In this document: one piece after another, positions 24,459 through 37,843 of the stretch | Position numbering within the stretch: position 1 is the first letter of the stretch | How the letters are laid out: every line of letters starts with the position of its first letter | Made by a program: the position numbers and the translations under genes | The notes under the pieces: model-generated | Seen by the model: the letters and a program-made list of their open reading frames with translations, nothing else | Database searches by the model: none | What the model was told of the DNA's origin: nothing | Origin: Octopus vulgaris | Taxonomy: Eukaryota | DNA: 64,000 nucleotides | Assembly: GCA_951406725.2 (NCBI GenBank) | Contig: OX597822.1 | Location: forward strand, 58,218,001 to 58,282,000 | Direction: 5' to 3'

Positions 24459-25108
24459 TCTATATATATAAAACTGAGAATGTGTGTCTGTCCGTCTGTC
24501 TGTGTGTTTCCCTAAAACTTGAGAACTACACAACCAATTTCATTCAAATTTTACACATGCCTTACTTAGGGTCCATGTAGTTTCATGGGCAAAAAAAATG
24601 TTCAACTTCTTGCCTAGGGCGAGCCCATAGCAATATCATATCTTCTCCACTATTTCAGTATTACGTGTTAAAAGTGAAACAAAAACATTTCTCTATTTTA
24701 TGTCAGATACTTTCACTTTAACAATAAAAATAATAATAACAATTGAATTATGTGTAGTAAGTAATAATTAAAATCAAACTAAAGTATAATATAATCGTAA
24801 CATAACAAAAGTAAAAATAGCAATTGGTATAAAATTGCATCAAGGATTTGAACTTGAATAAGTGGTTTCACATGAATGGGAATAAATTAAAAATAAAATT
24901 AGCGTGCATAAATGGAATAGTACTACAATTCCAGTCTGTTATATATTTTCAGTATTGTTATCACTAGCGATATCAAGATATAACTTTGTATTTTGTATTT
25001 TATGTGTAGATGTATATATATAGATGTACATGTAATATGTACACATATATATACACATATATACATGCACTAGCACTATGACCCGGCAAAGACGGGTCAT
25101 AATGCTAG
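24459..25108 (+). mobile_element. Complete non-autonomous Helitron (650 bp)
   Basis: 5' TCTATATATATAAAA; (TGTC)n tract; 3' hairpin ATGACCCG-gcaaaga-CGGGTCAT followed by aatg-CTAG; inserted between A and T of an (AAT)n tract. Confidence 0.88.
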
Positions 25109-25354
25109 TAATAATAATAAAAATAATAGTCTTTTCTACTATAGGCACAAGGCCTGGAATTTGTGGGGAGTGGGATAGTCGATTACATCGACCCCAGTAC
25201 TTGACTGGTTCTTAATTTATCGACCCTGAAAGGATGAAAGGTAAAGTTGACCTCGGCAGAATTTGAACTCAGAAGTAAAGACAGATGAAATGCCACTAAG
25301 CAAATGATTCTACCAACTCACTACCTTAATAATAATAATAATAATAGGTAATAT

Positions 25355-25615
25355 AATAAAGTCAATCAAAGATGGAAAAACAAGTGGAGAAGATGAAATA
25401 CCACTTAGGAGACTTATATAATGAGAACGGACGCATATCAAGTGAGATGAAAGAATATGTTTTTGTTTCATTGCCAAAGAAGCCAAAAGCTCAAGATTAC
25501 ACAAAGTTAGAACAATAAGCTTAATGAGTCACCCAATAAAGAATTATATCAGGAATGAATTAAGAAATAAGCTAATTGTATAGTGATTTTAGACCAGGAA
25601 TGGAAACAAGTGAGT
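25355..25615 (+). mobile_element. RTE-clade reverse transcriptase fragment (domains 0-2), degenerate
   Basis: KSIKDGKTSGEDEIP / YNENGRISSEMKEYVFVSLPKKPKAQDYTK / RTISLMSHPIK / FRPGMET. Confidence 0.8.
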
Positions 25616-26874
25616 TACAGTTCACAGCACCTCATGCTGCTGAACATTGGCAAATCTACTTTCTGCTTCTCCCTTTGCTATGTAACGCAGTTGCCTAGTT
25701 TTTCTTCCTGCTATCTGATATCATTCTCTGATACCTACTTTCCCAGTCTTTCCAGGTCTATCTTTTTGCTTTTATAGCTCTATCTACCTCACGATTCCAT
25801 CACTACATCAGGATGGAATTTTGCCCCATCCACAGATTTGGTCTGTTACCCTCAGTAGGTTGTTCTATAAGAACTTTCAGTTGTCCTCTACGTAATACAT
25901 CTCTATCTCTCCTTCTCCTTCATGTCAAATGCTTCAATTTGAACCCTAACCCTAAATCTCTTACTACATGAAGGATACTTAAGTTTCCATATCAGCCTTT
26001 TCTAGATTGGTGTCTGTCTCTGAGTTCTTCTATCCCTACTTCTGAAGTCACTGACTACTAACCTATGTTGAATTGTACATTCTTCACCAGAGAAGTTCTT
26101 CATATTCACAAAATCTAATTATCCCTCTTTCTGGTGATAATGTAGTCAATCTAGCTTATGTGCCCACCAAACTGATACGTGATCAGGTGGATGGCTGGTT
26201 TCCTGAAGTTAGTGTTGCAGATCATTCATCAAATCATTTGCATCACAAAACTCCAGCAGTATTGATCCATTCTATGTAATAAAGAAACTAGAAACACCTT
26301 TATGCTTCTGAAAGAAACAAATCAGGTGTATTACTAGGGCAATGAGATAGCAGCAATGGTAGAATGCTTTGTAGTGTTAACTTACATCTCTTTATATTCT
26401 GATTTCAAGTCTTGCCAATCTTTATCTTTCACTTGACAAAACCTCTACCCTACAAAAGTTTTATAGCCTTCTACCACAAGCCAGAACTTGTGTGTATGAT
26501 TAACATACATCTATGTAAGATCTATGTTGTAGGAGATCTATACAGTTGGTTTCCCAAAACTAGTACTATGCTGTCTATGCCAAAACAAGCCCTTGAGTAC
26601 CTCTGCTTATCTCTGATTTCACAGACATAAAGTGGATAAGAGATAAATTTATCTATGGATGAGATACAAGTGTATTATAGTACAAGTAACATTACCAGAT
26701 GAACTAAAGTAATATAGGACAAAACATTAATTCCAGGAACCTTAGAGAGTACCTCCAGCAGATTTGAACTTATGATTCTCTGAGTAAAGTTGGTAGATGG
26801 GAACTGTACAGAAACCCATCATCAGAGTGTGTGTGTGTGCGCGTGTGTGTGCGTGCATGTAAAAACGTAAAGCT

Positions 26875-27202
26875 ACCCCCTTTGGTCATGAATGACCATG
26901 AGATTGCACTCGGAAAGTTCCCCTCTGAAGCACAAGTCTGGGCAAGGTGGTTTGTGTGGAAGACTAGCAGTCATCCATGCATATCAATCTCCCCTCTCTG
27001 TGCCACCAATGCTATCCAAGGGAAAGGCAAAAGCTATTACAGCTTAGCACCAGTGACATCACAACTCATTCCTACAGCTGAGAGAACTGGAGCAATGTGG
27101 AACAAAGTGTTTTGCACAAGAACACAACACACATCCCAGTCCAGGAATTCAACTAATAATCTCAAAATTGTAAGCCCAATATTCTAACCACTATGCACCT
27201 TC
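26875..27202 (-). mobile_element. SINE family D
   Basis: Collinear with 7418-7751. Confidence 0.8.
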
Positions 27203-27519
27203 AGATATATCATTAGCCTTATCAACATCATTATATTAATGCCCACTTTTCTATGCTTGCATCAGTTAGATAGGGTTTATAAAAGCAGATTTTCTACTGC
27301 CAGATGCCCTTAACAATCATGTTGTATTCACATTCCCTATTAACTAAGTACCAGTTAGATCTGCATTTTTGAAGACAAAACAAAAAAGTAAGAACTAGAG
27401 ACAGGAAAAGCATCTAGCTGTAAAATTAAAATAATACCTCTATAACTATTTGTCCAACTCATGTTAGAAAGGGAAAATGGACATAAAATTCACAAATTCA
27501 TCAGTATTTAACCCAATTC

Positions 27520-27943
27520 TTGACCCTTTAGCATTCAGATTACTCTGTCAAATGTAAGGCTCATTTATACAATGACATTGCAGGGCATGTGGAGGCACAT
27601 GGCCTAGTGGTTAGTGCAGCAGACTTGCGGTCGAGGGATTGTGGGTTTGAATCTCAGACCGGGCGATGTGCGTGTTTATGAATGAAACACCTAAGCTCCA
27701 TGCGGCTCCGGCAGAAGCTTATGGCAAACTTCTGCTGACTCTTTCGCCACAACTCTCTCTCCCTCTTTCCTCCTGCATCTTGCAGCTCACCTGCGATGAA
27801 CCGGCATCCAATCCAGGTGGGGAACCTATACACCAAGGAAACTGGCCCTTATGAGCCAGGCATGGTTCGAGAAGGAACAAACCAAAAATTGCAGGGCATG
27901 TGCAAGAGGCTGGAGCTGACCAGCTTAAATGCTACAGGGTTAA
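27520..27943. mobile_element. piggyBac-type MITE interrupted by a SINE E-headed element (27592-27887, 15-bp TSD)
   Basis: Termini ttga-CCCTTTAGCATT...AATGCTACAGGG-ttaa; SINE TSD attgcagggcatgtg at 27577-27591 and 27888-27902. Confidence 0.8.
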
Positions 27944-28006
27944 ATAATCACCTTTTCATTTTGTGTAATTTGTCAAAAAGAATCCATTATTTCGGTGAAG
28001 ACTTAC

Positions 28007-28097
28007 CAACAGTTTCTGCCTCACATTTTAAAGAAAATGGAACCTTTTCAGATGTGACATTTCTTGCTGAATCATTTCCAGTAGATTCTGGATGTTC
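28007..28097 (-). CDS. TRIT1: Probable additional TRIT1 exon (91 bp): EHPESTGNDSARNVTSEKVPFSLKCEAETV(G|AT=D)
   Basis: Acceptor acttcttattcag|GAA; consensus donor GTT G|gtaagt; open frame; phase 0 in and phase 1 out, which is exactly what the 22538 acceptor requires. No protein homology recognised. Confidence 0.72.
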
Positions 28098-28319
28098 CTG
28101 AATAAGAAGTATACAATCACATAAGTATAAATGAACAGCAAATGTAAATGATATATTTAGGGTAGTTAGACATAATTAGTACCAAAAAGAACAACAGTAA
28201 AATTAACGTGTTTTTCTGGTACCAATTACCTTGTTGACATGAAATGGTTTGGTTAGCATAGCAGAATAAGAGAAATAATTTATAGAATCTAATTTGAAAA
28301 GAAGGAAGAAGCAAGGTGT

Positions 28320-28790
28320 GAGTGTGGCTGTGTGGCAGTAAGTTTGCTTTCCAGCCACATGGTTCCAGGTTCAGTCCCACTGCATGGCACCTTGGGCAAG
28401 TTTCTTCTACTATAGCTTCAGGCTATAGTAGATGCCTCGTAAGTAGATTTGATAGATGTAAAGTGAAAGAAGCTTTTGTGTGTGTGTGTGTGCATGTGTT
28501 TGTGTGTGAGTGTGCATGTGTGTGTGTGTGTGTGCATGTGTCTGTGTGTGCATATGTGTGTATGTACGTATGTGTATATGTCTTTCTGTCTGTGTTTGTA
28601 CCCCCACCATCACTTGGCAATCAGAGTTAGTGTGTTCACGTCCCCATCACTTAGTGGTTCAGCAAAAGAGACCAATTTAACAAGTACCAGGCTTGAAAAA
28701 ATAACTACTGGTGTTGATTCATTTGGCTAAAAGTCTTCAAGGCAGTGCTCCAGCATGGCCATGGTCAAGTAAGAGAATGGAAAAATAAAA
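28320..28790 (+). mobile_element. SINE family A (CR1-like tail)
   Basis: Head, internal (TG)n and tail ggcagtgctccagcatggcc. Confidence 0.8.
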
Positions 28791-28914
28791 AGAGCAACGG
28801 TAGAATTAACACGTTTTTCTGGTACCATGCTAAAATGAAATGGTTTGGTTAGTATAACAGAAATAATTTATAGAATTTAATCTGAAAAGAGGGAAGAATC
28901 AAGAATTTTGTGGT

Positions 28915-29337
28915 GTAATTGGTAATGCAATCATTTAGCAAGCAACATATACAACCATGTGGCCTCAGGTTCAGTCCCACTGCATGGCACCTTGGACAAG
29001 TGTCTTTACTATATCTCCAGGCTAACCAAAGACGTGTAAGCTGTGAGTGGATTCAGTTGAGTGAAATTGAAGAAGCCGCGCGCGCATGTGTGTGTGTGTC
29101 TCTCTCTCCTTGCCAAAGCAGAATGTGATGGTTGCAAATGAGCATCATCATCATACAAGTGAGGAGTATTTATTTCTAGCTTCAGTGAAAAACATGTCTA
29201 GCTATAGAGAAATATTACTTTGCTTGGAAGCAGATGGGATTTGGTGACAGGATGAGTATCCAGCTGTAGAAAAGCTGTCTCAATAAATTCCGCCTGATCC
29301 ATACAAACATGGAAAAGTAAACATTAAATGGTGATGA
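28915..29337 (+). mobile_element. SINE with family A head and RTE-like tail
   Basis: Head ggttcagtcccactgcatggcaccttggacaagtgtc; tail gagtatccagctgtagaaa...catggaaaagtaaacattaaatggtgatg. Confidence 0.7.
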
Positions 29338-32014
29338 ATATTATTATTATTATCATTATTATTATCATCATCATTAAAGGTGGAGTGCTAGCAGGATCAT
29401 TAGTACACTGGGCAAAATGCTTGGCAGCATTTCATCTGTCTCTATGCTCTGAGTTCAAATTCCACCAAAGTCAACTTTGTCTTTCTCCCTTTTGAGGACA
29501 ATAAAGTAAGTACCAGACAAGTATTGGGGTTGATGTGATTGATTGTCCCACTCCCCACAAAAATCAAGGCCTTTTGCCTAAAGTAGAAAGAATTATTATT
29601 ATTACAAGAATTCTTATGCAATCCTTTTCTTTCTTCCTTTTTTCTTTTGCTATCATTGAAAATTATACTGTCTAGACATTCTCTTTACATATGACTGATC
29701 TAAAAATAATACACTAACTCTGTGTTCTCCCCTCTCCTTCCTCTTTGCTTCTCTAAGATATGAAATGGAAATATAAATTATAAAAGAATTATCTAACTCC
29801 TGCACTTATGAGCATTACGGACATTTTTAAGATTGCAACAAGCAAAACTCTAACTTCCCTTAGTTACTCTACAAAAACCTTTTACTATTTATAAATTACA
29901 ATTAATTTTTAACTATATCAGAGATCAAATTTCTTTCTTACCCAACACAGAAATACATAACTGTCAAGACTGCCAAAGGTTTTGGCAGCAGCAGCAACAA
30001 CAGCAACAGCAGCAATAACAACAACAACAAAAACAACAACAATGTTCATTTATTTAATTGCTGCAGACAGCAAAAAGAGAAAGGTATGATTAAAGAATAA
30101 TAGAATACAAAAAGAGTAAACAAGCATTAAAGTTAGTTGCATTCTGTGCGCACGCACATGTATGTGTACACGCACGCATGCACAACACACACATGCAGAC
30201 ACAAACACACTGACATAAAAATACATTTTAAAATGGACAGGTTCTTTCTTGGGTAACTTGAGTCGAAATTAGTCAGTAATTTAATAAACTTTCAAGGAGA
30301 AAGAGGGCTAGGCAGTCTACTAAGTTGGAAATCTGCTAAGTTAACTTAAATCTAAAAAGTATCAAGTATGTAGTAAAGAGGTTTTTTACTATTGTTTGAC
30401 ATACTAAGCTCCCTCCAAAAACGTGGGGAAATCATTATCATCGTCATTGTTTTAACATCTGTTCTTTTATACAAGTGTGGGTTGCATATGTTTGCAACAC
30501 AGCATTATCTGGTTTGTGGGATTTAGTAATTTGAGATATAAATCTTGACAAAATTAATTTTGCTTTAATCCTTCCAGAGTCAATAAACTAAAGTACCAGT
30601 CATATGCTGGGGTTGATTTATTCAACTGTATTTACTTCCCCTTACCCCAAATTTGAGGTCTTGTATCTATCTTAGAAATAATTATTCTCACCCTGCTTCT
30701 TCACAGATCTCTCTCGATTTTTTTTCCCCTCACTTCAGATAATCTCCACTGCCAACATGACATTTCTTCAGTTAGCTCTTCTTACATTGATTGGCTATCA
30801 AATTATATGCCCAGTTATTTTTTGCCCTCACACCTCTAATGAACTCATTAACTTTTCTAAGGAACAGACATTGTACATCTTGGATTTTGTTATAACAATA
30901 ATGTTCCCAATTTGTCTTTTATTTCTTTCATTCATTAGATTATAGCCATGTTTGAGCACTACTTTGAAGGGTTTTAACAAAACCAATTTACCTTAGTAAT
31001 TGTCAAGTGGGTGTCATTTTAATTCTTCTAATTATTTCCAAGACACACATACAATCACAGTGACATGAGATCATTTGCAAGACAAACTCTTAAATTCAGT
31101 TTTTTTAAAAAAAATAAATATCCTCTACAACATGTACTGAGCACTCCTTTCTCATCTGTTCAACATTAAGCAATGTATGCTTTCTGATTTGGTTGCATTA
31201 GGTGAGGCCCATTCTACACTTCAGTTGGGTTCATTTGTGGTGCATATAATTTTTAGTACTTAAGAAGTATTATTTGGTTTATTGTTTTAGTGCAGTATTA
31301 GTAATGCATATATAAGTTCTGCCACCCACCTTGGGGTGTGTGTTCCAGATTAGCAGATAGAATGAGGTCATGCCAGATAAACAAAGAGTTTTAATAATGA
31401 GACAGAAAGCAAAGGAATTCTGGATGGCGAATTAAGATCTTTTGGAACTTCACTAGAAGTTAGTTGATGCCAACCTGTGTGAGAAACTTCCCCCAATTCT
31501 ATGATGCAATTTTCTTGTTTTTACCCTTTTGTCATCATTTTTCTTTTGAAATATAGTTTTTATTTTAATTAGTTATGAAAATAATAAAGAATTTATTAAA
31601 ATAACCATGTTTATGGCGTTTAGAACATCACAAATTATGATAGAATAATAATGGAAAGTTTCAGTTTAGATCATTTTAAAACAGTCAGTTTGTATCACTG
31701 GACCAGGGACTGCTTCAACCAAATTGGTATCAAATGGGTCAAAATAATCTGAATCACTTGCATCAAAACTTCATGATAATTTATGTTCTAAACACCACAT
31801 TAATAATAACAAAGCCATTTTACTAAACCCTTCATCATTTGCAAAATAAATTGAAACAAAGGCAATGTATTTCAACAGAATAAAATGGTAACAAAAGCAA
31901 CACTTGGTGTTTGCATGCTTGTGTGCTTCAGACAAGACACTGTCTATAGCTGTAGTTGGATAGCTTTTAGAAAAGAGTACGTGGGTAAAATTGGTGGAGT
32001 TAATAAGAAAAATT

Positions 32015-32400
32015 GTGGGCATGGTTGTGTGGTAAGAAGCTTGCTTACCAACCACATGGTTCTGGATTCAGTCCCACTGCTTGGCACTGTAGGCAAGTGT
32101 TTTCTACTGTAGCCTCTGATTGATCAAATCCTTGTGAGTGGATTTGGTGGATAGAAACTGAAAGAAGCCCATTGTGTGTGTATGTGGGTTTTTCAGTCTA
32201 TGTTTATCTCCCATCACTAACTGACAATCAGTGTTGTGTTCACAACCCTGTAACTTAGTGGTTCGGCAAAAACGACCGACAGAATAAGTACCAGATTTTT
32301 AAAAAATAAGTACTGGGGGTAATTCATTTGACTAAAAATTCTTCAAGTTTGTACCCCAGTACAGCAGCAGTTAAATGACTGAAACAAATAAAAGGAAAAA
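32015..32400 (+). mobile_element. SINE family A, older copy
   Basis: Head and tail motifs are collinear with the young copies. Confidence 0.78.
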
Positions 32401-35129
32401 AAAGGTTTAATTGTGAAGATAGATGATATCAGTTTGCTTACTGAACTTCCCTAAATGTCTCCCAGAAGTTTACAGAATAGATTTTGTGACATACTCTAAG
32501 ACTGATACAGATTTGGTTGGTGACACTTAAGAATCAGATGTGACTGCATCAACATGTTACTGGGTTACATTTTACAATACTAATACTGTATTAGAACTGA
32601 AAACAATGTATAGTATTCAAGGATTGTGTCATTCTATCTCAAAATAGGTACATGAGATATATAAGTTAGTTCCAAACTGTAACTAAAGTATATTTTGCTA
32701 AATCATATCATCATAATCATCCTCATCATTTATCATCTGTATTTCATCCTGGCAAGGACTAGAAAGTTTGACAGGATCAGATAGGTTAGAGAACTGTGCC
32801 AAGCTCTAATGTCAGTTTTGGCATGGTTTCTATGGCTTGATGCTTTTCCTAATGCCAACCACTTTACAGAGTGTACTGGGTGCTTTTTCATGATCACATT
32901 AGTGTGATCACCAAGCAGCTTGCAAGACAAGAACCCTTGATTGAGAGAGAGGTGACTTATGCCAGGTGTTGAGAGGCAAGAGTATGGACAGCAGGACAGA
33001 AACAGGTCAGATCCATAAATTGGATATAATCTGAAGGATATTGAGGTTTTTTTTAGGTTGACTTGGAGAAAAATGATTTCTACAGGAAGTGAGAATCACT
33101 TTGGAGAGGTATAGACCCTGCCACAGAAACAAAAATCTTTGGTAGTACCTCATTATGACCAAACAGATATTGGGAAATTTAACTCACTTTGAAGCTTCTA
33201 ATCATTTCAAGAGTTTTCAAATGGCAACAGCTGAATGCTGTCACTGTCTTGGTAATCAAAGTCACCTTTCAAGTCTATTGACAATTTAAGGAGTTATTCT
33301 GAACAACTAGACAGTGGTGGTGGTGGGGGCTTTTTTAATGGTTTCAATGCAAGGTAACTGAACAAACTGGCACTGTTCTAACCTAGACAGGTAATGAAAA
33401 CTGGAGTCTGAGGAGGAATATATAGTAATTCACTTAATTTTTATCTTCTGTTATTTATGTTACATATCTATATCTGTCTAATAAGCTTGTTGCTCATAAA
33501 TACATCAGTTTACATTATTAAGTGTCCTTTAGTAAAATAACAACAAGTTGCTAAGCTTTCAAGTTATTAATGGTTGTAAATTTATTGTCTACCATATAGA
33601 CAAAGACAAGTGTGTGTGTGTGTGCATGTATGTAAGCATGTGCATACTTGCATGTATGTGCTTAAATGCAAGTGTGTGTATCTGTGTGTGATGACCTTAA
33701 CTTGCAGACATGATTTGGATAGATGTTGTAATGGATGTGTTGGACATTATTAACCTGGTGCTGTCATTGTTATTATGACCATTATTATTATTATCATTAT
33801 TATTATTATTATTATTATTATTGTGATGATGATGATGATATATGACTGTAGCTGTTTACACACACACACACATACATATATATATGTTATACATTTTTAA
33901 AGTTTCTAGAAGAGATGGTGGGATTGGGGTACCTGGAGGCTATGGAATATTTACTAAGACAAATAAAGCTTTTAGATTTTTATTGATAGATATAAATGAC
34001 CCAGACCAAGTACTTAGACACTACTACCACTACTACTACCACCACTGTCAGTGCTTTGTTACAATTCCTACCACTACCACCACCACCACCACTTGTGAAA
34101 GCCATCAACAGAATGTCTACACAGTTACTCAACTTGCTCTGTAGTGAACCTCTATACAAAAACTTGACTCACTAGAAATAACAGCCAATTATTTCTCAAA
34201 TCCCACTCTACCAACTTAACCATTTTGTGATGAGCTGATAGTATAGGCAGGTGGTTAGCACAGGAGTGTTGAGAAATGACACATGTTTGAAATGGGTTAG
34301 GGTGGATTTGCATGTCCTAATAACCCCTAAAATCCACAAGGCTATATTATATCTCATGAGGATAATGATGCAGAATAAAAGGCTTAGTTGTTATACATGC
34401 AGTAGTCCTTTGAGGGATTTTATCCTGAAAAGGTGAAAGTGGAAGGGAGCAGCCAAAGCAACAAGAAGAATACTAGGCCTCAGTTTCCAGAGCATCATCA
34501 GCTATAGCTTTGGAAATGGTGAAAAAAGGGATCTAGCTCTAAGAAACAAGTGGACAGGCACATCTCGGATCTCAGTTGTTACAACCAGGAACACCACACC
34601 ATGAACTTGCAATAAAAGAAAGATGACATTTGCAGATGAAAATTTCCAAATTGTTGGGAGGCAAGCAAAATGATTTCAAAAAATGGGAAGGTGAACACCA
34701 AGAAAAAATAACAACAAAAAGGGATGGATATCTTCCTTGAAACAGCGAAGTATCTTCTCAGATCATTAATGAAGACATCAAGTGGATGATGACACATTCA
34801 TAGTGCCAGGAGATTTGGTAGGGTTGTATTGTTTACTAAAATGCAGTTGAGATTAGAATACAGAAGATGCTCAAAGGACAGGATGCTGGTAAAATAATAG
34901 GAAAATAGAACAAGAAATTGAAACAACTGACGTAACCTGATGACCTGGGTTGTTATCTATTCCAAGTTGCTAAAAAATTAACAAGTACTTTTGAGTACAT
35001 GAGGCTGCACTACAAGCAGCCACAGTGGGTAAAGATGCAGGGTGCTCTAACTCAGCCTAGCCAGTGGTTTCTCATCCATGTCTACACAAGAAGCATAGAT
35101 GTTTTTCATGTTACATGGTCACTTTTATA

Positions 35130-35286
35130 TAGCACCAGCAGTGCTTTTACATGGTTGCCTTTAAGTGGTACCAGCACAAGTGCTTTTACAAGGTTCCTTT
35201 TATGTGACACCAGCACAAGTGCTTTTACATGGCACCAGCACAAGTGCTTTTACGTGGCACCAGTAGAAGTGGTTTTTACATGACAC

Positions 35287-35290
<4 letters not shown>
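35130..35290. repeat. Short tandem repeat of a ~21-36-bp unit (caccagcacaagtgcttttacatgg)
   Basis: About 5 copies; related to the GGTGCTTTTTACGTGCCACC internal repeat of the RTE 3' UTR family. Confidence 0.75.
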
Positions 35291-35321
<31 letters not shown>

Positions 35322-35700
35322 GTAGTAGTAGTAGTAGTAGTAGTAGTATCATTGGTGCCCATCTGGTGGCTTGTAAAAAGCACCATCCAAGTGTGGTCGA
35401 TGCCAGTACTGCCTGACTGGCCCCCATGCCAGTGGCATGTAAAAAGCACCCACTACACTCTCAGAGTGGTTGGTGTTAGGGAGAGCATCCAGTTGTAGAG
35501 ACCATGCCAGATCAGATCGGAGCCCGGTGCAGCCTCCTGGCTTGCCAGTCCTCAGTCAAACTGTCCAACCCATGCCAGCATGGAAAGCGACGTTAAAAGA
35601 TGATGATGATGATGATTTGTAATAATGATTTCTTCGCAAGACAACATGTGAATATTATATTTCTAAATCTCTCAGTGAGAGTTATACAGTAACGGTACGA

Positions 35701-35916
35701 TAAAGTGATGGCTTCTTGACAGTTTAATGTGGCAGTCCCAGGAAAGGGACTCTTTCTAGTTGGCTGGTGCTTATCTCCCCTGTTTGAATACTTAAGGACA
35801 CAGAAAGCTTGTGTTGTGTAACCAACTAAAAACAGTGTGTCTTGGGGCTAAATAATAGTAACAATCTTCCCTTTCCTGGGACTGCCACACTAAGTTGGCA
35901 ACAAGCCATCACTTTA
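35701..35916. mobile_element. MITE-like element with ~49-bp imperfect terminal inverted repeats
   Basis: taaagtgatggcttcttg...tgtggcagtcccaggaaaggga vs tccctttcctgggactgccaca...caacaagccatcacttta. Confidence 0.7.
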
Positions 35917-36611
35917 ACATGTGAATAGCCAAATGGGAAAGCATCTATTAAATCAACGTCAGCAGTAAGCAATTGCTTTTACTATCAGCTGTGAAAGAAT
36001 GAAAGGCCAAGTCAAACAGCAAGATTTAAACCGAAAATATAAAGGGACATAACTAAATATAGAAACATTGATCCTGTAATCTTCAGATTTTGCCATCTGA
36101 CACTTTTAATGGTAATAAATATCATAGCAATAATCATGTTGTTGATAATGATCATGAGCACAACAATGATATTGTAGTAAGAGAATATTTTATGCTCCTT
36201 ATAAAAGGTGAACACATTTGCATTTCTTCATGTATTTGTGTGCTTTTGTGTTTCTGAATCTATGTGCCTACTTATTTGATAATGTCAGGTGTATCGTGTG
36301 TATGTGTGTTTGTGTGCATGCGTGTGTGTGTGTGTGTGTGTACTCACATACAAATACACATCTGCATGTATTGTCTATATACACACACACATGTATATAT
36401 ATATATATATAGATGTGTGTGTGTGTGTGTATAATATAGATATGTATATATATTTGTATATAAATGTGTGTATGTGTATAATATAGACATATGTATATAT
36501 ATTTGTATATAGATGTGTGTGTGTGTGTATACACATCCCCACGCCTAAAAAGAGAAATTTGACATTTCATAATGTGTAGGTGTGTATACATTCCATATTT
36601 CACATGACACT

Positions 36612-36650
<39 letters not shown>

Positions 36651-36979
36651 CACAAAAACTGTATATATATATATATATAAAGGTTGAGATTAATAATGTT
36701 ATTCTTTAGTCTTTCAATATATATTTGTATTTCTTTTATTCTTTTATCAAAAGAGGATAGAGCAAGTTTTTAATAATTTCAGGAGGAAACCAGAACTACC
36801 AGAATCAAAGAATAAACTGAAAAAATATGGGTCAGGTCCTAGTTTTTTGTTTTTAGAACTGATTTTTCTGCATGGAACAATGATGTCTCATTTCAGCACT
36901 ATAACACCTTATTCATTATGTGACACCCATAATATATAATTGTTGTTATTGTTTTTTTATCATTTTGGGCTCAATAATC

Positions 36980-37803
36980 AATTGAACACTAGGGTAATGT
37001 AATCAACTGGCCCCCTCTCTCAAAGTTTTGGGCTTTGTGCCTGTAGTAGAAAAGATTATTATTATTATTATTATTATTAAGGCAGCAAGCTGGCAAAATT
37101 GTTAGTGCACTGGGCAAAATGCTTAGCAGCAGAATCATTAGCATGCCGGGCAAAATACTTCGTTATATTTTGTCTGCCGCTATATTCTCAGTTCAAATTC
37201 TACCCAGGTCAACTTTACCTTTCATCCTTTTGGGGTTGGTAAATTAAGAACCAGTCAAGTACTGGGGTCGATGTAATCGACTATCCTACTCCCCACAAAT
37301 TCCAGCCCTTGTGCCTATAGTAGAAAGGATTATTATTATTATTATTACTATTAAAAAAGCAATAAAAAGAGTGCGACTATTATCGAATGAACAATATTTT
37401 GACACTTCATGTGTCTTCCACAAGTTCGAAATAACCATCTCATTCTACTTCATTTTGGTAATATTTAAGGATTGATGTTATTCCTTCAGAAAGTAAAGGA
37501 ACAATAAGAAGAGTTTAACTGTTTCAAATGAACAATATTTTAACACTTATTATTATTATTAAAGGCAGTGAGCTGGCAGAATTGTAAGCATGCCGGGAGA
37601 AATACTTAGTGGCATTTCACCTCTCACTACATTCTGAGTTTAAATTCTACTGCGGTCAACTTTGCCTTTCATCCTTTTGGGGGTCGATAAATTAAGAACC
37701 AGCGAAACAATGGAGTTGATGTAATCAACTGGTCTTCTCACCCCAAAATTTCAGGCCTTGTGCCTTCAATAGAAAGGATTATTATTATTATTACTATTAT
37801 TAC

Positions 37804-37843
<40 letters not shown>

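Noticed and set aside
27796-28101. Plus-strand 101-aa ORF overlapping the 91-bp exon
   Set aside because: It starts inside a SINE/MITE and is the antisense shadow of the exon.
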